Source: Alphaproteobacteria bacterium (GTDB taxonomy: Bacteria; Pseudomonadota; Alphaproteobacteria; Geminicoccales; Geminicoccaceae). From it: a stretch of DNA of 64,000 nt. Within the stretch, counting starts at the first letter, position 1. Every line of letters starts with the position of its first letter. A program made the translations under genes and the position numbers. Positions 30,463 to 39,773 of the stretch are shown piece by piece. Location: assembly GCA_027045875.1 (NCBI GenBank), contig JALUAG010000052.1, forward strand, positions 55,054-119,053, in the 5' to 3' direction. The notes beneath the pieces are model-generated. The model was not told the DNA's origin. It was given only the letters and a program-made list of their open reading frames with translations, and made no database searches.

Positions 30463-31544
30463 CGCTGGAGGAGACGCCGCTTGAGCTCGAGGCCGTGGCC
30501 CCTGTTGACGAAGGCCAGGGTGTAGCCCTCGCGATAGGGCAGATCGGCCGGATAGAGACCCCAGCCCACCGCCTTCTCGAAGAAGCTCTGCCAGCGGGCA
30601 TCGGTCATGGCGCCGATGCCGAGGGTCAGCGCATCGCCGGAATCGACCAGGCCGTAGTCGAGCATCGCCTTCCTCGAGAAGGCGATCTGCCCGTCGGTCA
30701 TGTCCGGGTTCTCCTGCTTGATGAGCTCGTTGCCGGGGGTCGGGTCGCCGTAGAGATAGTGGTACCAGCCCTCGATGGAGGCATCGACGAACGCCTGCAC
30801 CACCTCCGGCCTCTCCTCGATAAACCGCCGCTTGACCTGGAGGATGGTGGAATAGGTGTCGTAGCCGGCATCCGCCATCAGCAGCACCACCGGCTTGAAG
30901 CCGCCCACCCGCTCGATGGCGTAGGGCTCCGAGCTCACGTAGCCTTGCTGGACGCTCTCCGGATCGGCGACGAAGGGGCCGGGATTGAAGGTGTAGGGGC
31001 GGATCTGCGAGTCCTCGAGGCCGAACTCCGCCTTGAGCCAGCGCCAGAAGGTCATCCGCCCGCCGGTGCTGATGAAGAGGGTGCGGCCCCTCAGATCCTC
31101 GAAGCTCCGCACGCCCGAGCCGGGATGGGCGAACAGGGCCTGGGGCTCTTTCTGGAAGAAGGCGGCGACGGTGACGACGGGGATGCCCTGGGCGTCGAAA
31201 TTGAACTGGCTGAAGAGGTTGCCGCCCATGTTGAAGTCGATCTTGTCCGCGGCCAGGAGCTGGGCGTGATTGACCTGCGGACCGCCCTGGCGGATGGTCA
31301 CCTCGAGCCCGTATTTCTCGTAGAGACCCATCGCCTTGGCCTGGTAGAAGCCGCCGTGTTCGGCCTCGGCCTTCCAGTTGGTGCCGAAGATCACCTTCTC
31401 CTGGGCATCGGCGCCGGCGGGCGGGAGCCCGAGCAGCGCCGCCGTCAGGAGGGCGGGAAACAGGGCGGTACAGGGATTGCTGGGCACGGCTCCCTCCTGC
31501 CTTCTCCTCGGATCTGCGCCTGCGAAGCTTTTCAGGAAACCCAT
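30459..31544 (-). CDS. ABC transporter substrate-binding protein (NMT1/THI5-like, NitT/TauT family)
   Basis: From ATG 31544: a signal-like N-terminus, then VIFGTNWKAEAEHGGFYQAKAMGLYEKYGLEV, typical of this SBP family. Confidence 0.85.
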   Translation of the reverse strand: MGFLKSFAGADPRRRQEGAVPSNPCTALFPALLTAALLGLPPAGADAQEKVIFGTNWKAEAEHGGFYQAKAMGLYEKYGLEVTIRQGGPQVNHAQLLAADKIDFNMGGNLFSQFNFDAQGIPVVTVAAFFQKEPQALFAHPGSGVRSFEDLRGRTLFISTGGRMTFWRWLKAEFGLEDSQIRPYTFNPGPFVADPESVQQGYVSSEPYAIERVGGFKPVVLLMADAGYDTYSTILQVKRRFIEERPEVVQAFVDASIEGWYHYLYGDPTPGNELIKQENPDMTDGQIAFSRKAMLDYGLVDSGDALTLGIGAMTDARWQSFFEKAVGWGLYPADLPYREGYTLAFVNRGHGLELKRRLLQR

Positions 31545-31698
31545 AGATGTCCGCGATCGCGCGCCCGGCAAGGGCCCGGTGCGACACGGAAGCGCGCGTA
31601 CGGCCCCCGGACCCCGCCACGATGCCGGCGGACAGGCGGGCTTGCGCCGCCCGTCCGGGGCTCTCATGTTGGGCTCGAACCTAGAGGAAAGCCTCGTT

Positions 31699-32094
31699 AT
31701 GGTCGAGATCGACGCGCTCGAACGGTTGCTGATCGCCGCCGGAAGCCGCGGTGAGCCCCTCACCTACGGGACCGTGCTGCATCGGTTCGGGCGTCGGGTG
31801 ACGCCGATCACCGTGGCCGCGCTGTGCAGGGATCTCGGCGAGGTGTGCCGCCGCGTCGAAGCCCGGGGCGGGCCCGATCTCGCCTGTCTCGTGGTGCGCC
31901 GGAGCGACGGCCTGCCGGGCGGCGGCTATTTCGCCGCTTTGCGCGAGGCGGGCGCCTACCGCGGACCGGACGAGGGTCCGGCCGCCCGCCGTTTCCTGGC
32001 GGCGCGGCAGCGGGCGGCCTTCCGATGGTGCCGACGGCAGGCCGCGCCCTCGTCCGATCTTCCGCCCGAAGTCGATTTCCTGCGGGATCGGTGA
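31699..32094 (+). CDS. Hypothetical protein
   Basis: 131 aa from ATG 31699, with a GAGGAAAG RBS 8 nt upstream. Composition is protein-like. The upstream part of the track ORF overlaps the divergent SBP gene and looks like shadow. Confidence 0.5.
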   Translation: MVEIDALERLLIAAGSRGEPLTYGTVLHRFGRRVTPITVAALCRDLGEVCRRVEARGGPDLACLVVRRSDGLPGGGYFAALREAGAYRGPDEGPAARRFLAARQRAAFRWCRRQAAPSSDLPPEVDFLRDR

Positions 32095-32132
32095 TGGCGT
32101 AGAAGGGAAGCGAGCGCCCGAGCGCCGGGAGA

Positions 32133-32750
32133 GTGGGGATGCGGATGTCGCCTCTCGTCGTCTGTGTGGTCGGATCTCTCCTGTGGGACGCCGCGTGGTC
32201 CGAGCCCGTGGTCCTCGAGGGGGTGACCTTCAGCGACGAGGAGGGCGGGTTCGTCATTCTCGAGGGGCGCGGTCGCGGAACCCCCGCCGATCCCTTCGTA
32301 CTGGTGGAGGAGATCTTCGACGACGAACGGCCGGCGATCCTCACCATCCGCGGCATGCGGGCGAGCTTCGGCAATCGCCTCGGCGGCTCTCCCGAGATCG
32401 GTTTCGTGCTCGTCAAGGTGGTGCGCAACGGTACGGGGAGGCCGTGGTCGAGCTTCGAGATGGAGCTCAGGGAAATCAAATCGCGCCCCAGCCCGTTCGA
32501 GGACGGGCTGTCCTTCGCCCAGGCGGCCGGCGGGGAGCGGCTCTATCGCTCCGACCGCTTCCGGGCGGCCTGGCAGACCGACGAGCCCATCGACGCCATC
32601 ACCTTCTACGACGGGGTGGTGCGGCCGGGGGAGACGGTGACGATGGAGATCCGGGTGACCGACTTCTCGCCCAACTGGCAGTTCTATCTCGTCCAGCGTC
32701 GCCAGGTGCCGCTGGCCATGCGCGAAGCCCGTCCGACCCGGTTCAGGTAG
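32133..32750 (+). CDS. Hypothetical secreted protein
   Basis: 205 aa with an N-terminal hydrophobic signal-like segment (MSPLVVCVVGSLLWDAAWS) and balanced composition. No family recognised. Confidence 0.55.
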   Translation: MGMRMSPLVVCVVGSLLWDAAWSEPVVLEGVTFSDEEGGFVILEGRGRGTPADPFVLVEEIFDDERPAILTIRGMRASFGNRLGGSPEIGFVLVKVVRNGTGRPWSSFEMELREIKSRPSPFEDGLSFAQAAGGERLYRSDRFRAAWQTDEPIDAITFYDGVVRPGETVTMEIRVTDFSPNWQFYLVQRRQVPLAMREARPTRFR

Positions 32751-32757
32751 ACGGAGC

Positions 32758-33435
32758 ATGACGGCGGCGGATTCCGATCCCCTGGCCGGAATTCCGGCGC
32801 TCGAGGCCCTCGAGCCGTCTTGCCGCGAGCGACTGCGCGCCGCCGCCCGTCTCGCGCGGCTCGCCGCCGGTACGGTGCTGTTCCGGCCGGGAGACCACTG
32901 CGGCAGCTGGCTGCTGCTCGCGGCCGGCACGGTGCGGGTGCAGCTCGTCGATCCGGAGGGCCACGAGATCGTCCTCTACCGGGTGGGACGCGGGGAGAGC
33001 TGCATCCTCACCACCTCCTGCCTGCTCGCCGGCTCCGACTACGAGGCGGAGGGGATCGCCGAGACCGAGATCGTCGGCCTCATGGTACCGCGCGGTCTCT
33101 TCGAGGAACTGCTGGACGGATCACCGGCCTTCCGGCGGCTGGTGTTCACGAGCTTCGCCGTGCGGCTCGCCGATCTCATGGCGCTCGTGAGCCAGGTGGC
33201 CTTCGCCCGGGTGGACGTGCGCCTCGCGGCCCTCCTCCTCGACCGCGGGGGAGACGGCCCGGGGGTCCTCGAGCTGCGCCACCAGGACCTCGCCGCGGAG
33301 CTCGGCACGGCGCGGGAAGTGGTCAGCCGCCAGCTCAAGGAATTCGAGCGGCGCGGCTGGGTGCGGCTCGGCAGGCGGGCGATCGAGATCCGCGATCGGG
33401 CGGCGCTGGCCGGCCTGGCCGCCGCCCTTCGGTGA
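32758..33435 (+). CDS. Crp/Fnr-family transcriptional regulator
   Basis: 225 aa. A cNMP-binding-like beta-barrel (LFRPGDHCGSWLLLAAGTVRV) is followed by a C-terminal HTH (HQDLAAELGTAREVVSRQLKEFERRG). No FNR-type N-terminal Cys cluster is seen. Confidence 0.85.
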   Translation: MTAADSDPLAGIPALEALEPSCRERLRAAARLARLAAGTVLFRPGDHCGSWLLLAAGTVRVQLVDPEGHEIVLYRVGRGESCILTTSCLLAGSDYEAEGIAETEIVGLMVPRGLFEELLDGSPAFRRLVFTSFAVRLADLMALVSQVAFARVDVRLAALLLDRGGDGPGVLELRHQDLAAELGTAREVVSRQLKEFERRGWVRLGRRAIEIRDRAALAGLAAALR

Positions 33436-33444
33436 CTTTGTTAC

Positions 33445-33462
33445 GGAACCGGCGCCGGTTCC
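33445..33462. other. Perfect 18-bp palindrome GGAACCGGCGCCGGTTCC
   Basis: Read directly from the sequence. It starts 10 nt after the crp/fnr stop and about 60 nt before the DUF2892 gene. It could be a hairpin terminator (7-bp stem, GCGC loop, no U-tract) or an operator. Confidence 0.5.
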
Positions 33463-33523
33463 GGGCCACCTTCGCATCGTCCCGGCAACGGTCGGCAAGC
33501 ACGGCAAGCACGGAGGAAAGCCC

Positions 33524-33724
33524 ATGTCCCGCAACGTCGGCACCGTCGATCGCGTGATCCGCGTCGTCGTCGGACTGGTCCTGATCTCGCTGGTGTTCTG
33601 GGGGCCGCAGACGAACTGGGGCTGGATCGGCCTCATTCCCCTCGTGACCGGGCTCGCCGGCTCCTGCCCCGCCTACAAGCTGCTCGGCCTCTCCACCTGT
33701 CCGCTGGAGGACAGGAAGGCCTGA
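33524..33724 (+). CDS. DUF2892 (YgaP-like) small membrane protein
   Basis: 66 aa. NVGTVDRVIRVVVGLVLI...GSCPAYKLLG is typical of DUF2892. Confidence 0.8.
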   Translation: MSRNVGTVDRVIRVVVGLVLISLVFWGPQTNWGWIGLIPLVTGLAGSCPAYKLLGLSTCPLEDRKA

Positions 33725-33727
33725 ACC

Positions 33728-35500
33728 TCAGGGGTTCGCGGCGGCCGCGGCGCGCAGCCGCTCGGTCGCCGCGAGATCGAGCTCCAGCGTTTCCCCGTCC
33801 ACCACGACCCCGAACCAGTCCCGCGCCTGCGCCACGGTGTAGTAGCCGCGGCGCAGGTCGCGGAGGACGAGCTCGGGCTCGCGCGCGAAAGGATCGCCGT
33901 AACCGCCACCACCCGGCGTCTCGATGGTGATGCGGTCGCCCGCCGCCACCGGCACCCCCTGATCCTTGGAGAGATGGGGCGGCACGTAGGTCCGCCCGTC
34001 GGCATAGTGCACGGTGATGCGGTTGCAGGCGCCGTCGCGGCCGCCGAGCACGCCCTGCGGGCCGAAGCGGCCGTGGTCCATCACGAAGGAGGCGCGGGCC
34101 TCCCCGGCGGTCAGCCGCACCGTGTAGCGGGCACCGAAGCCGCCCCGGCGTCGTCCCGCGCCTCCCGATCCCTCGCGCAGGGCGAACTCCTCGAACAGCA
34201 CCGGATACTGCTGTTCGGTGACCTCGACGGGCGCGCTCTTCGAGATGCCGATGGTCGAACAGCCGTAGGAAAGGCCGTCGTGATCGGCGTTGCCGCCGTA
34301 GCCACCGCCGGTGATGTGGTACATGACGTAGTTGCGCCCGCGCACGGGATCGCTGCCGCCGAGGGCGAAATTGCCCGAGGTGCCGGCCGGCGCCGCCGTC
34401 ACCCGCTCGGGTACCGCCTTCACCATCGCCGCGAACACGGCCTCGGCGATGCGCTGGCTGACCTCCGCCGCGCAGCCCGACACCGGTCGCGGATATTTCG
34501 CGTAGAGGAAGGTGCCCTCGGGATCCTCGATCCGGAGCGGCACGAACATGCCGGCGTTGATGGGCACCTCGGGGAAGATGTGCTTGATGGCCAGATAGAT
34601 CGAGGAACGGGTGGTGGCGATGACGCTGTTCATCGGCCCGCGGCAGGGCGGGCTCGATTCCGAGAGATCGAAGTGGAGCTCGCTGTCGCGCTTGGTGATC
34701 TTGAGGCGGATCCACAGCGGTTCGTCCACCACCCCGTCGCTGTCCACCACCGCCGTGCCCTCGTAGACGCCGTCGGGGATGGGCGCGATGCGCGCCCGCA
34801 TCTGGGTTTCCGCCCGCCGCTCGAGCTCCGCGATGGCGGTATCCACGGTGTCGCGGCCGTAGCGATCCAATAGTGCGGTGAGCCGCCTGGCACCCACGAG
34901 AAGCGCCGCCCGCTGGGCCCGGATGTCGCCGATCCGCTGCTCGGCGACGCGGATGTTGGAGGTGATGATGCCGTAGATCTCGGAGTCGAGTTCGCCCCTC
35001 TTGAAGAGCTTGACCGGCGGCAGTCTGAGCCCCTCCTGCTCCACCTCGGTGGCGTTGGCGGAGAAGCCGCCCGGCACCGCGCCGCCGATGTCCGGCCAGT
35101 GGCCGGTGTTGGCGAGCCAGCAGAAGAGCTCGCCCCGGTAGAAGAAGGGGGTGACGAACTTGACGTCCATCAGGTGGGTGCCGCCCAGATAGGGGTCGTT
35201 GAGGACGAAGATGTCCCCCTCCTCGGGCGGCGCCGCGCGACCCTCGGCGATGGCGTCCAGCACCGCGCGGGTCGAGTCCTGCATGGTGCCCACGAACACC
35301 GGAAGCCCGAGCTCCCCCTGCGCCACGAGACGGCCGCCGTCGCGGTGGTAGATGCCGTCGGAACGATCGTTGGCCTCGGCGATCACGGGCGAAAAGGCGG
35401 CCCGCGAAAAGGCGAGGTCCATCTCGTTGCAGACCTGGGCGAGGCCGTTCTCGATGACGGCCAGGGTGACGGGATCGAGATCGGGCATTCTCGTGCTCAT
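33728..35500 (-). CDS. hyuB: Hydantoinase/oxoprolinase B subunit (N-methylhydantoinase B family)
   Basis: 590 aa. DPVTLAVIENGL, NDPYLGGTHLMD, TGGGYGG and ETPGGGGYGDP are typical of the Hydantoinase_B family. Confidence 0.9.
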   Translation of the reverse strand: MSTRMPDLDPVTLAVIENGLAQVCNEMDLAFSRAAFSPVIAEANDRSDGIYHRDGGRLVAQGELGLPVFVGTMQDSTRAVLDAIAEGRAAPPEEGDIFVLNDPYLGGTHLMDVKFVTPFFYRGELFCWLANTGHWPDIGGAVPGGFSANATEVEQEGLRLPPVKLFKRGELDSEIYGIITSNIRVAEQRIGDIRAQRAALLVGARRLTALLDRYGRDTVDTAIAELERRAETQMRARIAPIPDGVYEGTAVVDSDGVVDEPLWIRLKITKRDSELHFDLSESSPPCRGPMNSVIATTRSSIYLAIKHIFPEVPINAGMFVPLRIEDPEGTFLYAKYPRPVSGCAAEVSQRIAEAVFAAMVKAVPERVTAAPAGTSGNFALGGSDPVRGRNYVMYHITGGGYGGNADHDGLSYGCSTIGISKSAPVEVTEQQYPVLFEEFALREGSGGAGRRRGGFGARYTVRLTAGEARASFVMDHGRFGPQGVLGGRDGACNRITVHYADGRTYVPPHLSKDQGVPVAAGDRITIETPGGGGYGDPFAREPELVLRDLRRGYYTVAQARDWFGVVVDGETLELDLAATERLRAAAAANP

Positions 35501-35559
35501 CCGAAGCCAGCCGGACCGGGGCCAGACTAGCCGGCCGCCGCGGAACGCGCCAGCCGCCC

Positions 35560-36882
35560 TCAGAGCCCTTCGTAGACGGGAAAGCGCGCGCAGAGATCCT
35601 CGACCCGCCGACGGAGCTCGCCGGCGCGGTCCTCGGGCAGCTCACCCTTCTCCGCGAGGGAGTCGAGCACGTCGCCGATCATGTGACCGACCGCGCGGAA
35701 CTCGGCGGTGCCGAAGCCGCGGGTGGTGCCGGCCGGGGTCCCGAGCCGGATGCCCGAGGTCACGGTGGGCTTCTCGGGATCGAAGGGCACGCCGTTCTTG
35801 TTGCAGGTGATGCCGACCCGTTCGAGGGCGCGTTCGGCGAGGTTCCCCTTGAGCCCCTTGGGCCGCAGATCGACCAGCATGAGATGGTTGTCGGTGCCGC
35901 CGGAAACGATGGCGAGGCCGCGCTCCACCATCACCGCCGCGAGCGTCCTGGCATTGTCCACCACCTGTCGGCAGTAGACGGCGAATTCGGGCGAGAGGGC
36001 CTCGCGGAACGCCACCGCCTTGGCGGCGATCACGTGCATCAGCGGCCCCCCCTGCAGTCCCGGGAAGACGGCCGAATTGATACGCTTTCCGAGCTCGGGA
36101 TCGTCGGTGAGGATCAGGCCGCCGCGCGGACCGCGCAGGGTCTTGTGCGTGGTGCTGGTCACCACGTGCGCGTGCGGGATCGGCGAGGGATGCAGGCCGG
36201 TGGCGACGAGCCCGGCGATGTGGGCCATGTCCACCATGAGATAGGCGCCCACGGCGTCGGCGATCTCCCGGAAGCGGGCGAAGTCGATGATCCGCGAATA
36301 GGCGGAGGCCCCGGCGATGATCAGCTTCGGGCGGTGCGTCTCGGCGAGGCGCGCCACCTCCTCGTAGTCGATCAGCCCGTCCTCCCGGCGTACCCCGTAG
36401 TGGACGGCGCGGAACCACTTGCCGGAGAGCGCCGGCCGGGCGCCGTGGGTGAGATGGCCACCGGCCGACAGATCCATCCCCAGAATGACGTCGCCGGGCT
36501 GGGTGAGCGCGAGCATCACGGCGCCGTTGGCCTGGGCGCCGGAATGCGGCTGGACGTTGGCGAAGGCACAGCCGAAGAGCCGCTTCGCGCGGTCGATGGC
36601 CAGCGCCTCGGCGACGTCCACATGCTCGCAGCCGCCGTAGTAGCGGCGGCCGGGGTAGCCTTCGGCGTACTTGTTGGTCAGCACCGAGCCCTGGGCCTCG
36701 AGCACCGCCCGGCTGACGATGTTCTCGCTGGCGATGAGCTCGATCTGCCGCTGCTGGCGCCGCAGCTCGTCGCGGATGGCGGCGTGGATCTCCGGATCCC
36801 GCTGGGCCAGGCTCGCGGCGAAGAAACCGCGGTCGTCCGTCTCGACGGCCTGCTCGCGCAGGCCGGCAGCAGCATCGGCCAT
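35560..36882 (-). CDS. glyA: Serine hydroxymethyltransferase
   Basis: 440 aa. [25 protein letters not shown] and the PLP-lysine motif [14 protein letters not shown]. Confidence 0.95.
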   Translation of the reverse strand: MADAAAGLREQAVETDDRGFFAASLAQRDPEIHAAIRDELRRQQRQIELIASENIVSRAVLEAQGSVLTNKYAEGYPGRRYYGGCEHVDVAEALAIDRAKRLFGCAFANVQPHSGAQANGAVMLALTQPGDVILGMDLSAGGHLTHGARPALSGKWFRAVHYGVRREDGLIDYEEVARLAETHRPKLIIAGASAYSRIIDFARFREIADAVGAYLMVDMAHIAGLVATGLHPSPIPHAHVVTSTTHKTLRGPRGGLILTDDPELGKRINSAVFPGLQGGPLMHVIAAKAVAFREALSPEFAVYCRQVVDNARTLAAVMVERGLAIVSGGTDNHLMLVDLRPKGLKGNLAERALERVGITCNKNGVPFDPEKPTVTSGIRLGTPAGTTRGFGTAEFRAVGHMIGDVLDSLAEKGELPEDRAGELRRRVEDLCARFPVYEGL

Positions 36883-36885
36883 ACG

Positions 36886-38280
36886 TTAACACTCCACGCG
36901 ATTGACAGCGAGACCCCCGAGCGAGGTCTCCTTGTACTTGTGGGACATGTCCCGGCCCGTCTCTCGCATGGTCTCGATCACCTTGTCGAGAGAGACGTGA
37001 TGCCGGCCGTCGCCGCGCAGCGCGAGGCGGGCGGCGTTGATGGCCTTCACCGCACCCATCGTGTTGCGCTCGATGCAGGGGATCTGCACGAGGCCACCGA
37101 TGGGATCGCAGGTGAGGCCCAGATTGTGCTCCATGCCGATCTCCGCGGCGTTCTCGATCTGGGCGTTGCTGCCGCCGAGGACCGCGCAGAGGCCGCCGGC
37201 CGCCATCGAACAGGCGACGCCCACCTCGCCCTGGCACCCCACCTCGGCGGCGGCGATGGAGGCGTTCTCCTTGTAGAGCATGCCGACGGCGCCGGCGGTG
37301 AGCAGGAAGGTGACGATGCCCCGCTCCGAGGCGCCGGGCACGAACCGCGTGTAGTAGGCGAGCACGGCCGGAACGATGCCGGCGGCCCCGTTCGTCGGGG
37401 CGGTCACCACCCGGCCGCCGGCGGCGTTCTCCTCGTTGACGGCGAGGGCGTAGAGATTGACCCAGTCGAGCACCGTGAGCTGGTCGCGCAGGCCGGCCTC
37501 GGGACGGCGCGTGAGCTCCCGGTAGAGGGCCGGCGCGCGACGACGCACGCCGAGACCGCCGGGCAGCACCCCCTCGGCCCGGCAGCCGCGCTCGATGCTG
37601 GCCTCCATGGCCTCCCAGATGCGCAGGAGACCCGCGGTGACCTCCTCGCGCTCGCGCCGGGCCGTCTCGTTCTCCATGACGAGCTCGGCGATGGTGAGCC
37701 CGTGCGCCTCGGCCCGCGCCAGCAGCTCGGCCGCCGTGCGGAAGGGGTGCGGCATGGCGACGTTGCTCGGATCGCGTACGGGTTCGGCCGCCTCCTCCTC
37801 GCCGACGACGAAGCCGCCGCCCGTCGAATAGTAGACGCGCTCCAGGAGACGGTCTCCGGTCGCATCGAACGCTCGGAAACGCATGGCGTTGGGATGACGG
37901 GGCAGGGTCTCGTCCTGCAGGAACAGGAGATCCCGTGGCTCGTGGAACGCGATGGTCGGGCCGCCACCCAATGGCAGCCTGCCCGAACGCCGCACCTCCT
38001 CGACGCTCCTCGCCGCGCCGTCGGGATCGACGGTCTCCGGCTCCTCGCCGAGCAGTCCCAGCAGCACCGCCCGGTCGGTACCGTGCCCCTTCCCGGTGAG
38101 GGCGAGCGAGCCGAACAGCGCGGTCTCGATGCGCGCCACCCGCGCGAGCGATCCGCGGCTCTCGAGGTCGCGGAGCAACCGTCCCGCCGCACGCATCGGC
38201 CCCACGGTATGGGAACTCGAGGGACCGATGCCGATGGTGAAGAGATCGAAGACCGAAAGGGGCATCCACCCACCTCGCAC
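36886..38280 (-). CDS. sdaA: L-serine ammonia-lyase (Fe-S dependent, single chain)
   Basis: 464 aa. [21 protein letters not shown] at the N-terminus, and a C-terminal alpha domain with [14 protein letters not shown]. Confidence 0.95.
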   Translation of the reverse strand: MRGGWMPLSVFDLFTIGIGPSSSHTVGPMRAAGRLLRDLESRGSLARVARIETALFGSLALTGKGHGTDRAVLLGLLGEEPETVDPDGAARSVEEVRRSGRLPLGGGPTIAFHEPRDLLFLQDETLPRHPNAMRFRAFDATGDRLLERVYYSTGGGFVVGEEEAAEPVRDPSNVAMPHPFRTAAELLARAEAHGLTIAELVMENETARREREEVTAGLLRIWEAMEASIERGCRAEGVLPGGLGVRRRAPALYRELTRRPEAGLRDQLTVLDWVNLYALAVNEENAAGGRVVTAPTNGAAGIVPAVLAYYTRFVPGASERGIVTFLLTAGAVGMLYKENASIAAAEVGCQGEVGVACSMAAGGLCAVLGGSNAQIENAAEIGMEHNLGLTCDPIGGLVQIPCIERNTMGAVKAINAARLALRGDGRHHVSLDKVIETMRETGRDMSHKYKETSLGGLAVNRVEC

Positions 38281-38328
38281 ACCGCCGCACCGCTCTCTCT
38301 GAAGCGTGCCGCCGCCCGCCGCTTGCGT

Positions 38329-38886
38329 TCATGCGACGGAAGACTCTCCGGGAAAACCCTTCGAAGCGGCATCCGCCGCCCGCCAGCGCTCGAGCCGTCG
38401 CCGCATCCGCCGCACGTGACTGCCGGGCCAGAAGAGCCGCCCGCAGCGCGGACAGCGGGTGAACGGGCCGGGCAGCTGCCGGGCCGGCGGCGGCACGCCC
38501 GCGGCCGCCGGGTCGGCCAGCTCCTCGAGTTCGGCATTGTCGACGAGACAGCGGCTGAAGGGAGCCCGCAGCCAGTCGACACCGCGTTCCTCGCGCAGGA
38601 TGCGGGCGAGTTCGGAAAGCTCGACCATCGGCAGGCGAAGGATGTCGAGACCGTCGCCGGGAAGGTTCCGATCGCAGGTCAGAAGGATCCGCCCCTCCCG
38701 TCGCGCCCGATCGAGAAGGGTCCGGTCGTCGGTCCCGGGCCGGGCGAGCTCGGCATCGTAGCCGGCCGCCCGCAGCCAGCGCGCCAGATGCGCCAGCATG
38801 GCGTCGCAGAGAAAGCGGTCCGTGACCGCGCGCCGCGGGCCCCGGGGATCCCCTTCAAACCGTGGACGGTCGGGTGGCGAGGGCAT
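38329..38886 (-). CDS. Mut7-C RNase domain (DUF82, PIN-like) protein
   Basis: 185 aa. RFLCDAMLAHLARWLRAAGYD, ILLTCDR, and a C-terminal zinc-ribbon-like region FSRCLVDN...FTRCPRCGRLFWPGSH. The 5' end overlaps the upstream DHDPS-family gene by 32 nt. Confidence 0.75.
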   Translation of the reverse strand: MPSPPDRPRFEGDPRGPRRAVTDRFLCDAMLAHLARWLRAAGYDAELARPGTDDRTLLDRARREGRILLTCDRNLPGDGLDILRLPMVELSELARILREERGVDWLRAPFSRCLVDNAELEELADPAAAGVPPPARQLPGPFTRCPRCGRLFWPGSHVRRMRRRLERWRAADAASKGFPGESSVA

Positions 38887-39754
38887 GGCGCACCAGATCC
38901 TCCACCCGGCGGCGCTCCTCGCCGATGAGCGGCAGGCGCGGCGGGCGCACCCATTCGCGGCCGGTTCCGGTGAGCTGGTTCACGAGCTTGATCATCTGTA
39001 CGAGCTTGCGATCGGTGTCGAGGTGGAGCAGCGGCATGAACCAGCGATAGAGGGCGAGGGCCTCGTCGAGCCGCCGTGCGCTCGCGAGCTCGAACAGGCG
39101 CACCGCCTCCACCGGAAAGCCGTTGGCGAGACCCGAGACCCAGCCGACGGCGCCGCACAGCACGTTTTCCAGCAGCAGATCGTCGACCCCGCAGAACAGG
39201 AGATAGCGCTCGCCGAGGCGGTTGACCATGTCGGTGATGCGGCGGCTGTCGTGCGAGGAATCCTTGACCGCCACGATGTTGGGGTGCTCGGCGAGGGCGG
39301 CCAGAGCCTCGGGCCCGAGATCGACGTGGTAGGCCACGGGGTTGTTGTAGATCATGATCGGCAGTCGGCTGGCCCGGGCGACGGCGGCGAAATGGGCGAC
39401 GGCTTCCCGCTCGTCCTGCGGATAGACCATGCCGGGCAGCACCATCAGCCCGTCACAGCCCGCGCGCGCCGCCCGTGCCGCCGCCTCCACCGCGAATTCG
39501 GTGGTGTATTCGGCGACGCCCGCCAGGACCGGCACGCGGCCGTCCGCCGCTTCGACCACGGCGGCCGCCACCCGTTCCTTCTCCTCGGGGCGCAACGAGG
39601 TGTTTTCGCCCAGCGTGCCGAGGACGACGATACCGGTACAGCCGGCCTCGATGCACAGCCGGGCATGGCGGCGCGTGGCGTCGAGATCGAGCGAACCGTC
39701 CTCGTGGAACTCCGTCATCAGGGCCGGAAAGACACCCTTCCACTCGACCCGCAT
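38855..39754 (-). CDS. Dihydrodipicolinate synthase/N-acetylneuraminate lyase family lyase (probably a sugar-acid aldolase/dehydratase)
   Basis: 299 aa. VVLGTLGENTSL, and a Schiff-base lysine context IVAVKDSS. It sits directly downstream of udh. Confidence 0.85.
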   Translation of the reverse strand: MRVEWKGVFPALMTEFHEDGSLDLDATRRHARLCIEAGCTGIVVLGTLGENTSLRPEEKERVAAAVVEAADGRVPVLAGVAEYTTEFAVEAAARAARAGCDGLMVLPGMVYPQDEREAVAHFAAVARASRLPIMIYNNPVAYHVDLGPEALAALAEHPNIVAVKDSSHDSRRITDMVNRLGERYLLFCGVDDLLLENVLCGAVGWVSGLANGFPVEAVRLFELASARRLDEALALYRWFMPLLHLDTDRKLVQMIKLVNQLTGTGREWVRPPRLPLIGEERRRVEDLVRHALATRPSTV

Positions 39755-39773
39755 TTCCGTCCTCCTCCGGTCC

